Source of the DNA: the human T2T-CHM13v2.0 reference genome, Homo sapiens
DNA: 64,000 bases
Assembly (NCBI RefSeq): GCF_009914755.1
Contig: NC_060927.1
Direction: 5' to 3' (one strand)
Shown here: piece after piece, positions 40,231 to 53,660 of the stretch
How positions within the stretch are numbered: position 1 is the first letter of the stretch
Layout: each line of letters starts with the position of its first letter
Made by a program: the position numbers and the translations under genes
The notes under the pieces: generated by a model
The model's database searches: none
Seen by the model: the letters and a program-made list of their open reading frames with translations, nothing else
What the model was told of the DNA's origin: nothing

Positions 40231-41599
40231 ACTGCTTGCTTCATTACCTCATTTTTATCACTCTATGGGTATGTACATTTGCTAATCCTCATAGGGCTCA
40301 TAAATCCTGGATATCTGACCCTCAGATACTTGTGTCATAAAATGGGAACTAAATTTATCCTTAGTGACCTCAGGACCTCATAGATGAGTTGAAACACGAG
40401 GTACTCAAGGTGGCCTGCCTGGCATTTTGCTTTCAGGGGCCTGAGCACCCAGTGGCATGGATGTGGGTCTGCATCCCATGTGATGTGAATGTCCTGCCTG
40501 TTCTCAAGTGCTGTGAAGTGCACTGTAAAACACTAATCTCTCTCAGCTGCACCCACTCAGGCTTATTCAGAACTGCACAAGGCTCATTGCCTTGGAATCT
40601 TTGTAGAGAGGAAAACTCAAGGCAGCTAGCTGGACCTTAGTATCGGGGCAAATGGAGGTTCTGACAGGTAAACTGGAAACAGTGCCTTCCAAAGGGAAAT
40701 CTGCCATTTTGCTTTCTTTTGGTGCCTTCATTTTCTGCTTCACTGGGAATTTGTGATTGTAGATATAGAATATGAATTTTAAAACTCTCCCATTTGGGCT
40801 TCCATTTTAATGTCTCTGAGTTGGCAATACACGGACCTTTTCTTCTGAACTTCTGGACATCTGCTTCTTCAAGTCTAAGGTAGCCTTCAGACTACCTCCT
40901 GTTTCTCACTCTCCTACTCCACATTCCTAATTCCCTATAATATCTAACCGCTGGGCCTAGCATAATTTCCTAATTGTTTTCTGTATTCACATCTTTACTA
41001 GCTCCTAAGTTCTTCAATGACAACACTATCTTAACTCCTTAACTTCACTGTGTCCCCAGTACCTAGCCCAATACGAAGCATTTAGTGTCTCAATCATATC
41101 TACTGACTTATTTCAACAACTTTTGCAGGTATTGACATAACCATGCACTCTGGCTCATAAGGTCAACAATGTCCCAGTTTCTGGGAACAGACTGACTAGA
41201 AGGCTCCCTCTGCAGCTATGAGCAAAAGCAGCAGCCTTTCTAGCTTACTGCCTAAATTTAAACCCCAAGAGCTTAGGTTTCCTACCGGGATTCTTGCTGC
41301 GGTGCTTCCCTGACCACGATGCTCAGACTCACCTGCTTCACACCATGACCTCTGTTGTTTGCCTGGTACTGGGAGTAGCTGCCTACTCTGTATGCCACCT
41401 TTTCCTGGTGCCGTATGTAGATTAAAAAAATGTGCATAACAAACTCTTCTTTACAGAAGAGGAAACCGAGGCTCAGAAAGGTTATGCCATTTTCTAAGAT
41501 CCCACAGAGAACAAGTGGTACATTGAAAAATAGAAGCCAAGTTTGGATTCTCCTGAGCCATTCCTCTCCCCTGAATTTGCACTGCTTTGGTTACCTAAT

Positions 41600-42885
41600 C
41601 TGACCCAGCAAAATACAAAACAAACTCCACTTCCCTTGCATTCTAGTTTTGTGATATGCTCTCCTTAACTGGCTTCAACGATCACACTTTTTCTGAGTGT
41701 TTATATTTTTGTTTACTGTTTTACATCATATTCCCTCCTCTTCCTCTACCTGCTCTTGTGGTGTATACACCAGCGTTCTGGAAGTCTTTATCTCTTTTTA
41801 CCTTACGAGAAGATCATCTTTAGTAATGCCATTTGTTACCAGAGTTGCAACTCTCACCTACATACTGATGCTGATGATTTTAAAATTTGTCTCTTTAGTC
41901 CTGACTTCTCTCATGAATTCTCTACCTTCTTACTGGACCTCTTACTTGGGTGTTTCACAAACATCTCAAACTGCAAATATCCATAGCTAAAATAAGTGTC
42001 TTTTCTCTCTTATTATTCCATCCTCCAGTGTTTTAAATTTCTGTCAAAAAGTCGTCATCCTACCAGTCATTCTAGCCAGGAAATCTCGAGAAGTCGCTCC
42101 TTGCCTGTCTCTCTTTTACTCACAAAGCCAGTCACCAGGTTCTCTCCAAACTGCTTCTAAAATGGCTCTTGCCTTTCATTCTCCAGTCTTCATCCCCGCT
42201 GCCATTCCTGTCTTTAGCTTAGATCCACACCATCACTACAAATTAGTTTCTCTGGTTTCAATCTCTTCCCTCATCTGGTGCATTCTCCATATGCCATCAG
42301 AGTTATGTTTCTAAAAACAATCTAATATGACATCTCACGTCTTAAAAAATTCATTGGGTACCAGCTAACAGGACACAGCAAGGATGCTCAGAATATGGCC
42401 ACTTAGTACTTTTCCACTATTCTATGAATCCTCTACCATACAGTGCAGACACAGCACTTTTTCATTTTTTTTCTTTTCTTTTTTATAATTTTTCCATTCC
42501 ATGAACGCTCTCTACAGTTTTTCTTTGAGACTTTTGTGACTTCTGATCTGCAGTCTTTCTGCCTGGACCGCACTCCTCTAACTCTTCACTCTTGAAAAAA
42601 TCTTACATCTTTCAAAGCCCAGATCCAGTTCATTTCTGTGAAGCTTTCCCTGACCCATCCAAGGAGAATTAATTACTCTATATTTTTTGCTTCTATATTT
42701 TTTTCATCCAACCATTATAGCATGCATCACATTCTTCCAGAGTTAATTTCTGAGAGGTCTGATTCACTAGCTAGATTGCTAGCTTCTTGAAGGCAACAGC
42801 TGCAGCTCATTCATCTCCAAAGCCTATACATTAAGCACAGTACTGGGCATATAATAGGCCCTCAGAAAATGTTTGCTGAATTAAA
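41600..42885 (+). mobile_element. L2 LINE, long fragment including the 3' end
   Basis: atgctgatgattttaaaatt...aaacatctcaaact...tttctgtgaagctttccctgacc...gcacagtactgggcatataataggccctcagaaaatgtttgctgaat. Confidence 0.75.
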
Positions 42886-45764
42886 CTTAATTTAAATGAT
42901 ACATAATGGGAAAAATAATATTTCATATATAGGATTGGCAAACTCACTTTAGAGACAACTGTTTAGAGACATATCTATTCCGAAAATGAGATGCTTCAAC
43001 AATCACAGTGCAAAAGGAAATAATTAGGTCTGCCATACACACAAACTTAACTTCTGTACTTTCAAAATGACTTCAAAGAGAGATATTTTGCACGGAACTA
43101 TTGATATTGAGCAAGATGTTGCTTTCCTTTCAGTAAGCATGACAGAAAAAAAAATTAAGTCTCTAGAGTGTTTGTAATTTGTTCTTGTGGAGGGAGGTAG
43201 CTAGTAATTCCTGCAGCAACTGTTGGGTGGGCTACAGATATCTTGACATAATCTAGAGCCTATAAGACATGTCTGTCGCCAGGGATGTCATTCTGATCCG
43301 AAGCTCTAGAGTGCTGCTTAGAAATGTGTAAGGGAGACTGACTTAGAGGTTTGCAGGGAATATCTCGCTAAGTGACTAATGATCTATAAAGTCCTGATAC
43401 TTGCCATATCTGCCTTTTCCTGGGACCATGGATTATTGTATCTGCTAGTTTTCAGCCTCAATAAAAGAACTCTGGCCAAGCAGGTGAGAAGCTTTAAAGT
43501 ATAACTTTATTTTAAACAATGCCTTTTAACAATAACTACCAAAGCATTAACAATAATATATGTATAAAATGTTATGTAAATGTTATACAAATTATATATA
43601 TATCTAAATCTATCTACACATATATATTATTTATAATTCTGCCTTAAATTTAATCTCTATTATAGCTGCAAAGTTTATATATTCATTCTTATATTATCTC
43701 AAATGCTAGCACGTCCTTCATTTTTTGCTTCGTATCTGTATTTTGGTTTGAGGCTAGCAATAGTAACCAGATCCCCTAATCCCAAATGAGGGGGCTCTCT
43801 GCAAAGACTTAGTCCTGCCCAATTTCATTACCATCTCAGATATAATCACTTACATTGCACTAATCTTTCCTAAATCTTGAGCAGAGGGAGAAAGAAACAA
43901 AGCACTCTTTTTCAAGGTCATGGGTAGAGAAAGCAGAAAATCAAGACACAGAACCCAGATCTGTTCTTGATTGGGTTCTCAATCTAGTGCTTTCAAATAC
44001 ACTGTGAACAACCAAACAGGAGTAAAAAGACATATATCAAAGCCAACAAAAGATGAAACCTCAAAGGGTGTGTGAGTGAAGGGAATCAGATGAGAGTTGA
44101 AAATACAGAGTTGATGAGAAAAGCAATAAAAACAAGCCACTCAGGTGGCATTAGCTGCAAAGAACAATCTTGCTGGTCAATCCACCAGTGGTATTTGAAT
44201 GCTGGTGAAAGGTGATTAAAGGAAGGGAGTTTCAGGTGTGCAGAGAACACAAATGGAAGATATACTAGATTTTAAATCTAAAAGTGATTTTGAAATCTGT
44301 TTTATTATTATTATGTTTCTGAAGCACAGAGGGAATCTGATTGAGCGAACATCTTAGCTTGTAGCCTAGCCAGGGGTTCACAAGGCCCTGAGAAAACCTT
44401 CTGCCTGACTCTCACCAGGCCTTTGAGGATCCCACACGCTCAGTGGCTGACAGGAGAGGCAGCTGAAATATGACGAGTGGTGCCAAGGCTGTCAGCACTG
44501 GCCCATTTAGGGAGACTTGTGTTCATTCACTGTCTCAGCTTAAGGGGCCTTTGTGGGAAATGGCAATTCACAGTGTGAATTTCAATAGAATCTTTAAGTC
44601 TCTCAGAGATTTTTCTCTTTGCCAAGAAAATTTCCCACTGCCAAACACTTGTAGATTGACAGCTCTGCAGGTATCTCTCTAATATAGCTGTTCCTTTCTT
44701 ACTTTTTACTGTACCTAGGGCCTTGTTTCCTAAAGGTTTTTGTGTGTGTGTATATATATTTTTAATATTATTTTGATGGATCTTTCTTTTTCTAACTGGC
44801 ATGAGCCTTAAGTTAAAATGAATTGGATGCTGGCATCATATAGAAATATTGTTTTTACAGGTTTCTCAAAGTAAGATGTATTAAAGAAGACATATCAAGT
44901 TTCCAGGGCTTGTGTTGCCATAGCAACCAGTATAGGCCTAGTTTGGAGAATGGGAACTGGGGGCTAACAAGAGACTACTAGACATGTTTTCCTCGACCAT
45001 AAAAGCTCTGAATGAATTAGATTCCCACTGTCTTTGTGGTTTTAAGATGTAGAACAAGCAGAAAATAGGTAGGTGGGCAAATTTAGGTTATAGGTATAGG
45101 TACAGGCAGAGAGTAAGTTATAAATGAGCGCAAAACTGCCCCGACGTGCTTCATGGAATTATCAAATATCAGAGTTTGGAACACATGAGGAAGTTGAGGC
45201 TCAGAGAGGTTAAGTGACCTAGCCAGCAAGCAAGGGCAGGTCTGATACAGGAAATAAACTATCTTGCCTCTCCACTAAATAATGCAATTGTGTCCCAAAT
45301 GCATAGGGAGGACTGTCTCCTTTCAGCAGCCAGAAGTTCTTTGAAGAGATATTGACCCAATGGAATGACAACCCCCATCTAGCATGAAAAAGACAACAAT
45401 AACACACAAACATAATCTTATTTCGGCACAGTAAAAACCCTCTAACGTAGGAAGCAGAAACTGGAGGTGGAATTACTTGCTGGACTTTCCTTTCACCTTT
45501 GTGGAGATGCCCAGTGCAGTAGGAAAGGAACGAGGCTCACTTTCATCCTCTTCGATGTAGTTCACTATGGGCCTGGAGCTGGTGAAAGTGTGTTTTCACT
45601 AAATTAGGTCTGTATGATAACAGTGAGGAAATTTATTTCCACACTACCACCAAGCTAGAAGCTTGCCCTAACCAAATCCACAACAGGAATGTTCTGATTC
45701 TCTTTAACTCCATCATTTGCTTATGACCTTTCATGGAGTTCTATGCTTAGAACTGCATGTCTAG

Positions 45765-46083
45765 CCCAATACTCTCCAATTGGAATATAATGCAAGCAAT
45801 GAATGAGACGGACATATGTAATTTTTAAGACCCTAGTAGACACATTTTTAAAAAGTAAAAATAAGCAGGTAAGTTAATTTTCATAAGCCTATTTTACTTA
45901 GTGTATATAAAATATTATTTCAATATATAATTAATACAAAAACATTAATGAGATATTTTACATTTTCATACCAGTTGCAGAAATGGTACGCATTTTACAG
46001 TTACAGTACATCTCAGCTGGACTAATCACATTTCAAGAGCCCATTAGTCACATGTAGCAAGTGACTGTCATATTGGGCAGTGG
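45765..46083. mobile_element. MER33-like hAT-Charlie MITE
   Basis: aatataatgcaagc...tagtagacacattttt...gagatattttacattt...cacatttcaagagccc...tattgggcagtg; tcta-containing flanks typical of Charlie targets. Confidence 0.7.
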
Positions 46084-46106
46084 GCATCTAGAGTGTGGGG
46101 ACATAA

Positions 46107-46483
<377 letters not shown>

Positions 46484-46692
46484 TAAAATTTCCCCACCCT
46501 ACTATAAGATTATCTCTGCCAACTTTTTACATAAATAATCTTCAAATCACAGAGAATAATTTATCATCTCATTAGTAGTTCTTCCTTACCAAATTTTATT
46601 GCTTCTAAACTAAGTGTATGAAATACAAACCCAAAATTTTAAGTTTAAAATACAAATGCGTATAGATATATAGATTAATGTGTGTATGTATG

Positions 46693-46695
<3 letters not shown>

Positions 46696-46726
<31 letters not shown>
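46696..46726. repeat. (TA)n microsatellite
   Basis: Direct reading of the sequence. Confidence 0.95.
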
Positions 46727-46729
<3 letters not shown>

Positions 46730-47063
46730 CTTAGTTTCATAAAATTTTGATTATTTACTTTTTGCTTTTGCTTGCCTAATCAGATAATTACCTTGGTTTT
46801 TATTCTAAATCTTCTGTAGAACAAGGTGGACTGTAAATAAATAATAACTTTATTTATATATCTCATTTTCCCCCTGTAGTCATAGCATTCATGTAAAAAC
46901 TCTTATCTACCCAATAAAATATTTCATCAGAATGTGAATGCCTTGTTTTATCAGAGGGAATTTCTTTTAGCCAAAACACCTTGTGACCTTCTGTTATTGA
47001 ACCATATATTAATCATATGAAAAGTTATAAAGAGAAAATTTGAATCAGTGGATAATGAATGTC

Positions 47064-47131
47064 TTTCTTTTTTTTTTTATTTTTATTTTTATTTTTTCTT
47101 TTTTTTATCATACTTTAAGTTTTAGGGTACA
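47064..47131 (-). mobile_element. Extremely short young L1PA 3' stub with poly(A)
   Basis: T-rich tract then ttatcatactttaagttttagggtaca, the antisense of the young L1PA terminus. Confidence 0.75.
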
Positions 47132-47461
47132 CACTAGACTCAGGCTCGCAGTCTCTCTCACTACCCGAGGCATGAGTGTGAGGGAGGCTGTTTGTATTCT
47201 ATGCTAATGCTTTTTTTTCAATGCTCAATTCCCCTCCCCCCGCCTTTTTTTGTTTTAACTGTCTCACATTTCAACATTTCCATATAACCAGCTAATCTGA
47301 TAAACCCATACTTGACATACGGAAAAAGTCAAGAAAAGCCTATTTGTGGGCTATCTTTGTCTTTCTAGGTTCTAAGTGTCAAACGATATTTAAGAGTGTT
47401 TGTTTGTTTGTTGTGGAGCCATTTTCGTTGCTTTTGTGATATAATAGAAAAATGGGAAGTG

Positions 47462-47774
47462 AGCTAAGCACCGTGGCTCACGCCTGTAATCCCAGCACTT
47501 TGTGAGACCTGAGTGGATAGATCATTTGAGCCCAGGAGTTCAATACCAACCTGGGCAACATGGTGAGACCCTGTCTCTACAAAACATACAAAAATTAGCT
47601 GGGCATGGTGGTGCGCACGTGTAGTTCCAGCACCGTGGGAGGCTGAGGTGTGAGAATCACCTAAGCCTGGGAAGTCAGGGGAAGTCAGTGCAGTAAGCCT
47701 TGCGCCACTGCACTCTGGCCTGGGAAACAGAGCAAGAGGCTGTCTCAAAAAAAAGGAAAAGAAAAAGAAAAAAG
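47462..47774 (+). mobile_element. AluJ
   Basis: ttgagcccaggagttc and gtgagaccctgtctctac are J-type; internal 10-bp tandem duplication gggaagtcag; TSD ...gggaagtg on both sides. Confidence 0.92.
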
Positions 47775-47912
47775 GGAAGTGCCTCTTTCTGGCTTCTGGC
47801 CTAGAGGCTGGGCTTCCATGACTGTGAGAATGGCCACCCTGCAGGCTGCAACCCTTTGTAAGAAATAAAGCTCTCCTTTCCAAATTTATAAACCTCATCA
47901 CTCTTCAGTTGA
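47775..47912 (+). mobile_element. ERV1 LTR 3' fragment (MER39/MER93/MER34 group)
   Basis: gaatggccaccctgcaggctgcaaccctttgtaagaaataaagctctcctttccaaatttataaacctc...cagttga. Confidence 0.65.
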
Positions 47913-48025
47913 TGTGATTAAAAAAAAAGTTATGCTAAATGAAAACTTTACATTAAGAACAGAGAAAAGTTGCATTAAGATAGGCAATAAATGGAAGGAT
48001 TTAGGACAGTCTTGTTTGAACACAG

Positions 48026-48176
48026 GGTGTGTGTATCTGTGTGTCTCTGCATGCATGTGTGTATGTGTGTTTGTGTATGTTTATGTCTAGTTTGTGTATG
48101 TGTGTTTGTGTATATGTCTTGTGTATATTATGTCTGCATGCATGTGTGTATGTGTGTTTGTATATGTTTGTGTATG
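48026..48176. repeat. TG-rich low-complexity repeat with an internal ~40-bp duplication
   Basis: tctgcatgcatgtgtgtatgtgtgtttgt occurs at 48046 and 48133. Confidence 0.85.
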
Positions 48177-48579
48177 ATTATTTGGTTGTTCCACCAAATC
48201 TCTACCAGAATGTCAAATGTGACTTATTTTTACGTAGAATATATATAAACTCTGAATCATTATATTTAGCTTAGTTGCTAAGGCAAGTGTAATTTATTTC
48301 CTGCTTTTATCTTTTACTTATAAATATAAAATTAAATAAAGGAGAATGTTTTGTAATAATCCACAAATAACTCTCAATATTTTATAAAATAGTTACAAAT
48401 ACCATGGAAGTTGTTTATTGGAATGTGGCTTTACAGTCCCTCATAGAAGTAATTTTATAAGAGCATGATTGATAATAATGGTTACTATTCACTAAATTTC
48501 AACATATGTATGGCATATCATCTCTTTTTGTCATAACAGTACTGCAGGGAAATTATTATTATCTCCATTTTATGAATGA

Positions 48580-48789
<210 letters not shown>

Positions 48790-49922
48790 TGACTTTCTTA
48801 ACGTTGTATAACCAAACATTGACAGAGTCAGCATTTAAAAGGAAGTCTCTCAGGTTTAACAGGTGTTTATACACACATGCATGCAGACATAACATACATA
48901 AGACAAAACACAGGTGTGTGTTTTGTCCACCAAACCAGAGGCTTCCTTGGGGTTGCAGTTGTACCCATACAATCTGATTTATCTCCCTAATATCGTATTA
49001 CTAAGTTATAATATTTATAAAATAATAAGCCCTAAAGCCAAGTGTATCGTATTTATTCGATATCAAACTCATTCTCAGTTCTAGCTACAGTGACAGGAAC
49101 ACATCTACCCTTGATGCAATTCTGGCTACACTTAAGTAACAGAGAAGAAAGGGGAAAAAGGAAGGGAAGAAAGGGGATAGCTGTGGCAGGGAAGAAAGCA
49201 AATGTGAAATTCCAGTAGAATCAAAAATGGTAAGAGCATCTTCAGCTATAGTGAGGAGGAACCAGGCCACCAGGGCTGCAGCTTTATACACTAAGGGGCC
49301 GTTCTTACTAAAGAGATCTTTGTAAGAAAATTGGCAATTAATGAGTCAGAAACTGCTTATGATTTCCTACTGTAGAAATGCACCAAATGACTTGCCACAA
49401 ACTTGAACTCACAATACTTGTTCATTCAGATCACTTCTCTGATTCAATAAAAATTGTAATTCAACTTTACAAAGCATTAGCTATTCAGCCCATTTTGCTG
49501 CCAGCATAGAACCTTTTTCCTTAGGTCTCAGGAAGGCCAGGAACCATCTAGGTCAATAGTTATCAACCTGGTAAGCATTTCCAAGTTATATAGCCTTCCC
49601 TTCTTAGTGATACTTCACTTGGGGAAGAATACAAGAATGGATCACAGAGATTCCAGGTGGGAGAAACAGGCATTCTACCTAATGTTATAGGATCCTCAGA
49701 TGACTAATATGCAAGATCTCTTATGCCATTCTCACCAGTTTCCCTGCTTGTTGAAAACACTAAGCTAGTCATCCCCTGCTGTGGCCAAAGACCTGAACCT
49801 AGACTGTCTAACATCTAACCCAGTAAACCTCTCTGTGCTTTCATTTCCTGGCTTGTAAAATATGGGTAATAGAATATATTCATAACATTATAGAGAGGTA
49901 ACTAATTAACATAAACAAAGTA

Positions 49923-50237
49923 CAGATGGCCTGACTTATGATGGTTTGACTTAGGATTTTTCAACTTGGTTATAGTGCAAAAGTGATATGCATTCAGTAA
50001 AACTGTACTTTGAATTTTGACCTTTTCCTAAACTACCAGTATGCAGTACAATACTGTCTTGCCATGCTGTGCAGCAGCAGTGAGCCACAGCTCCCAGCTA
50101 TGTGATCTGAGTATATTTAAGGTAGGCGAGGCTCAGATATGATGTTCAGTATGTTAGGTCTATTACATGCACTTGCAACTTACAACATGTTGAACTTACA
50201 TCAGGATGTAACACCATTGTAAGTTGAGAAGCATCTG
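49923..50237. mobile_element. MER47-like TcMar-Tigger element inserted in MIR sequence
   Basis: TA|cagatg..ctgacttatgatgg ... ccattgtaagttgagaagcatctg|TA terminal inverted repeats. Confidence 0.85.
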
Positions 50238-51498
50238 TACTTCGAACGGCATCTGACACATAGAAAGTTTGTTGTTGTTGTTGTCATTATTATTTTATAG
50301 TGAGAAACTGAGGGCTGGATAGACCAAATGACTTATCTTACTTAACTAAGGGTTCAGAATAGAATGCAGATTACCTAAGTTGAAATCTAGTGCTTTTTCA
50401 TGACACCAGTTGACTCTCAAACTGAAGTTAATACATGTGTTTCTCATTTTCTTAGCCTGTTTGTATCTACCCGAAGTTATGCATTTAAAAGGATCTTCAC
50501 CAACATTACTGGGAGGCAGTAATTATTTAACTAATTTAAGAAATTTAAACCATTTTAGTTTGTACCTCATAATATTTTAGGATTTTTTCCCTCAACAGAA
50601 CAATCGAGAACATTAAAAGAGAGCAAGCTCCACGTCACTCAACTGATGCTACCACCCAGGACAGAAATCAGCAGTTTCTGTTTTTCTACTGACCAGCTTT
50701 GCATTAAACACTGCAAATGGGAGAGCTAGTCCACTGAACTCATGCAAGCATTCATTTATTTATCCACAAAAAGCAAAATATGGCAAGGGGAATTTGGGAG
50801 GAGTGAAATAAGGGTTGTCAGACTAACAGTGACAAATGGGATGCAATTGTTCTCCAAAAGCTTGGAGCAGAGAAGTCTTCCCTTTTCCCCTCCCCTTAAT
50901 CCCCACTGATTCCACCCTGCCTGCACACAGAGAAGGTGGTTAACAGAGGAAAGCCCCGTGAATAAGCTATGACAGCCCTACATTCAGAAACTGATGTCAT
51001 TTCCCTAAATACTGTTTGTAAAATGGTAATTATCTGCCAAGCAATGACAGCTGGCACTTAGCATAGACACACAGAGAGACAGAAAAAGAGAGAATGAGAA
51101 AAAAGGGTCCCTCCATAATTTACCAAAGGGCTGAAAGAGAGAGGGAAACATAATCAGAAAAATAAAATGATTACCAGTGTGTGATGGGGTGAAAATTGCT
51201 TTGGGCATTTTTTTTTTCCTTTAGAGAGCACAGGATTGAATTGGAAGAATGAAGCTGGAGCTCCACGATGCACACTGGAAGAGAGGAGGTTGTGTTAAGG
51301 TGGCGGTAAAAGGAGAAATACACCAATGGTGCTGGGCTGTGGCAAAGCAGCAGGAAAACTCTGTGCACACCTAGCCCCTCAAACAGGAACCACTCAGCCC
51401 AGCAATACTTAATAATACACCCAAGATTGTTTCCTTTAGTTCATTTGGGTTCAAGATATAATATATTAAGTACCTCTTGCCCCCTTCCTTGTTATTTA

Positions 51499-51899
51499 TG
51501 TGATGGTCGGTTTTATGTGTTAACTTGGCTAGGCTGTAGTGATCAACTATCCAATGACACATTACTCTAGGTGTTGCTGTAAAAGTATTTTGTAGGTATG
51601 CTTGATGTCTACAATCAGTTGGCTTTATGTAAAGGAGTTGATCCTGGATGATCTGGGTGAGCCTGTTCTAATCAGTTCAAAAGTCTTAAGAACAGAACTG
51701 ATGTTTCCCTGAGGAAGAAAAAATCTCCCCTGTGGATTGTGGCATCAGCTCCTGCCCAAGTCTTTCCAAATTGTCCTTCTGATGGCCTACCCTGTGGATT
51801 TTGGACTTGCCTAGTTAGCCCTCACAATCACATTACGATCCCTTGCAACAAATCGAACTCTCCTGTCTCTCTTCACTCACACATGCGTGCATGCGCGCG

Positions 51900-51944
<45 letters not shown>

Positions 51945-51983
51945 CAACTTGTTCAATTTCTCTGGTGGTACCCTGACTGTTAA
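51499..51983 (+). mobile_element. MLT2 (MLT2D-like) ERVL LTR
   Basis: tgtgatggtcggttttatgtgttaacttggctaggct...ctaggtgttgctgt...tggcctaccctgtggattttggacttgcc...accctgact. Confidence 0.85.
51878..51942. repeat. (GC)8(AC)17 alternating purine-pyrimidine microsatellite
   Basis: Direct reading; lies inside MLT2. Confidence 0.95.
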
Positions 51984-52027
51984 ACTTGTCAAGTACCTGT
52001 GCAGTGATTTGCTCAGCTAAGTGAATA

Positions 52028-52490
52028 TGTTATGGGTTGATTTGTCATAATCCCCTCAAAATCCGTAAGTTGAATCCTTAACCTCCAGTACCTCAGAATA
52101 TAACCTTATTTGAAAGTAGTATCATTATAAATATAATTAATTAAGATAAAGTCATTAGAATGGGCTCAAATCCTACATGATTGGTGTCCTTATAAAAAGG
52201 GAAGGTTTGGAGACACAAACACACAAAAGGAGAATGCCATGTGAAGATGAAGGCAGAGATCACAGCGATGTTCTACAAGCCAAGGCACACACCAGAGATC
52301 GTTAGCAAACCACAGGAAGAAAAAGAGAGGCATAGAACAGATTCTCCCTCCCAGCCCTCAGAAGGAACCAAGCGTGCTGCCACCTTGATCTTGGGCATTG
52401 AGCCTCTAAAACTGTGGGAGAGTAAGTTTCTATTGTTTTAGCCACTCAGTCTGTGGTACTTTGTTACAGCAGCCCTAAAAAACGAATGCA
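52028..52490 (+). mobile_element. MLT1C-like MaLR solo LTR
   Basis: tgttatgggttga...ccagtacctcagaat...gccatgtgaagatgaaggcagagat...gaacagattctccctcccagccctcagaaggaacca...ctttgttacagcagcccta. Confidence 0.85.
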
Positions 52491-52930
52491 GCACATTACC
52501 AGGAAAATCGAGACAGTTGAATTGGGGAAAGTTAAGAAACATACAAAGTTACAAAATTTTCTGAGTATTACAGAAAGCTCCATTTCCTTACTGCTTTTGA
52601 AATACAAACTTATTCCCTTTTATGCATAACGGTTTTACTGCCAATAGCTACCCAAGAAAAGACCTGGATGATTAAACTGACAATTACAGAGATGTACAAA
52701 TGTTCCAGAAATTTTTCAAAGTAGTTCTTTTAAATTCCTGGAATCTGGTCTCTTTTTGGATAACAGATGTTGTAGAACCTTCTATAACTATTCATCTCTC
52801 TATTTGTGTCCTCCTGGAGTGTAGCTCTTCAGTTCTGTCTTACAGGAAAAGCTAACAATCACCACCTGGTGTCCCTTCCCCTCTTCTAGCAAGTGAAGCT
52901 AATAGATATTCTGTAAAAGGAAAAAACAAC

Positions 52931-53068
52931 GGCCGAGCATGGTGGCGCATTCCTGTAGTCCCAGCTACTCGGGAGGCTGAGTCATGAGAATTGCTTGCAC
53001 CTGGGAGGTAGAGGTTGCACTGAGCCTAGATCGCGCCAGCCTGGGCAACAGAACGAGACTCTGTCTTC
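52931..53068 (+). mobile_element. Monomeric Alu (right-arm type)
   Basis: ggccgagcatggtggcgc...cctgtagtcccagctactcgggaggctgag...gagactctgtct; 10-nt internal deletion; candidate TSD ggaaaaaacaac/ggaaaagcaac. Confidence 0.88.
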
Positions 53069-53070
<2 letters not shown>

Positions 53071-53118
<48 letters not shown>

Positions 53119-53122
53119 GGAT

Positions 53123-53165
<43 letters not shown>
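53071..53165. repeat. Compound STR [AGAT]12 GGAT GAT [AGAT]10
   Basis: Counted directly; occupies the Alu tail position. Confidence 0.95.
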
Positions 53166-53166
<1 letters not shown>

Positions 53167-53439
53167 TAAATGGAAAAGCAACAGTTGTGCCCAATCTTCC
53201 ACAAATAACTTGCAACCAGGCAGAACATAGAACCCAGGTCTTTTGATGCCAGTCACATCCAGCTGTCCTTCCAAGACATTGTTTCTATGCAGGTGTTGAG
53301 TCAGCAGGCCAGATAATTCCTCCCAACGTTTATCTAAATACAGGTGTTTTTTCTAAAATGCAGGAATGTGAATTTGGATATAACATTCGTCTTTGTGAGG
53401 TGTAAGTTTCTTCTTTTAAAAAAAAATGCATCTTTATTT

Positions 53440-53660
53440 AGTCCTGACATTTCAAACCAACAGAATCAGCATCAGTATAGTGAAAGGTTAAAGTCCAGCT
53501 ATTGTCAGTTTCTACATATGTCATATTGGCCAATTTACTTAACTTTATTATACTTCATTTCCTCATTTTTAAAATGAGAAATGGAGTGTTATCTTTTTCA
53601 CTGGGTCATTACAGGGATGAAATGAAATAACATGTGGAAACATGTTATAAGCTCTAAAGT
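53440..53660 (+). mobile_element. MIR SINE
   Basis: cttcatttcctcatttttaaaatgagaaat...ggatgaaatgaaataacatgtggaaa. Confidence 0.6.

Noticed and set aside
47991-48274. Cys/Val-rich ORFs
   Set aside because: Translations of a TG-rich low-complexity repeat
52982-53274. YLSI-repeat ORFs
   Set aside because: Translations of the (ATCT)n STR and Alu
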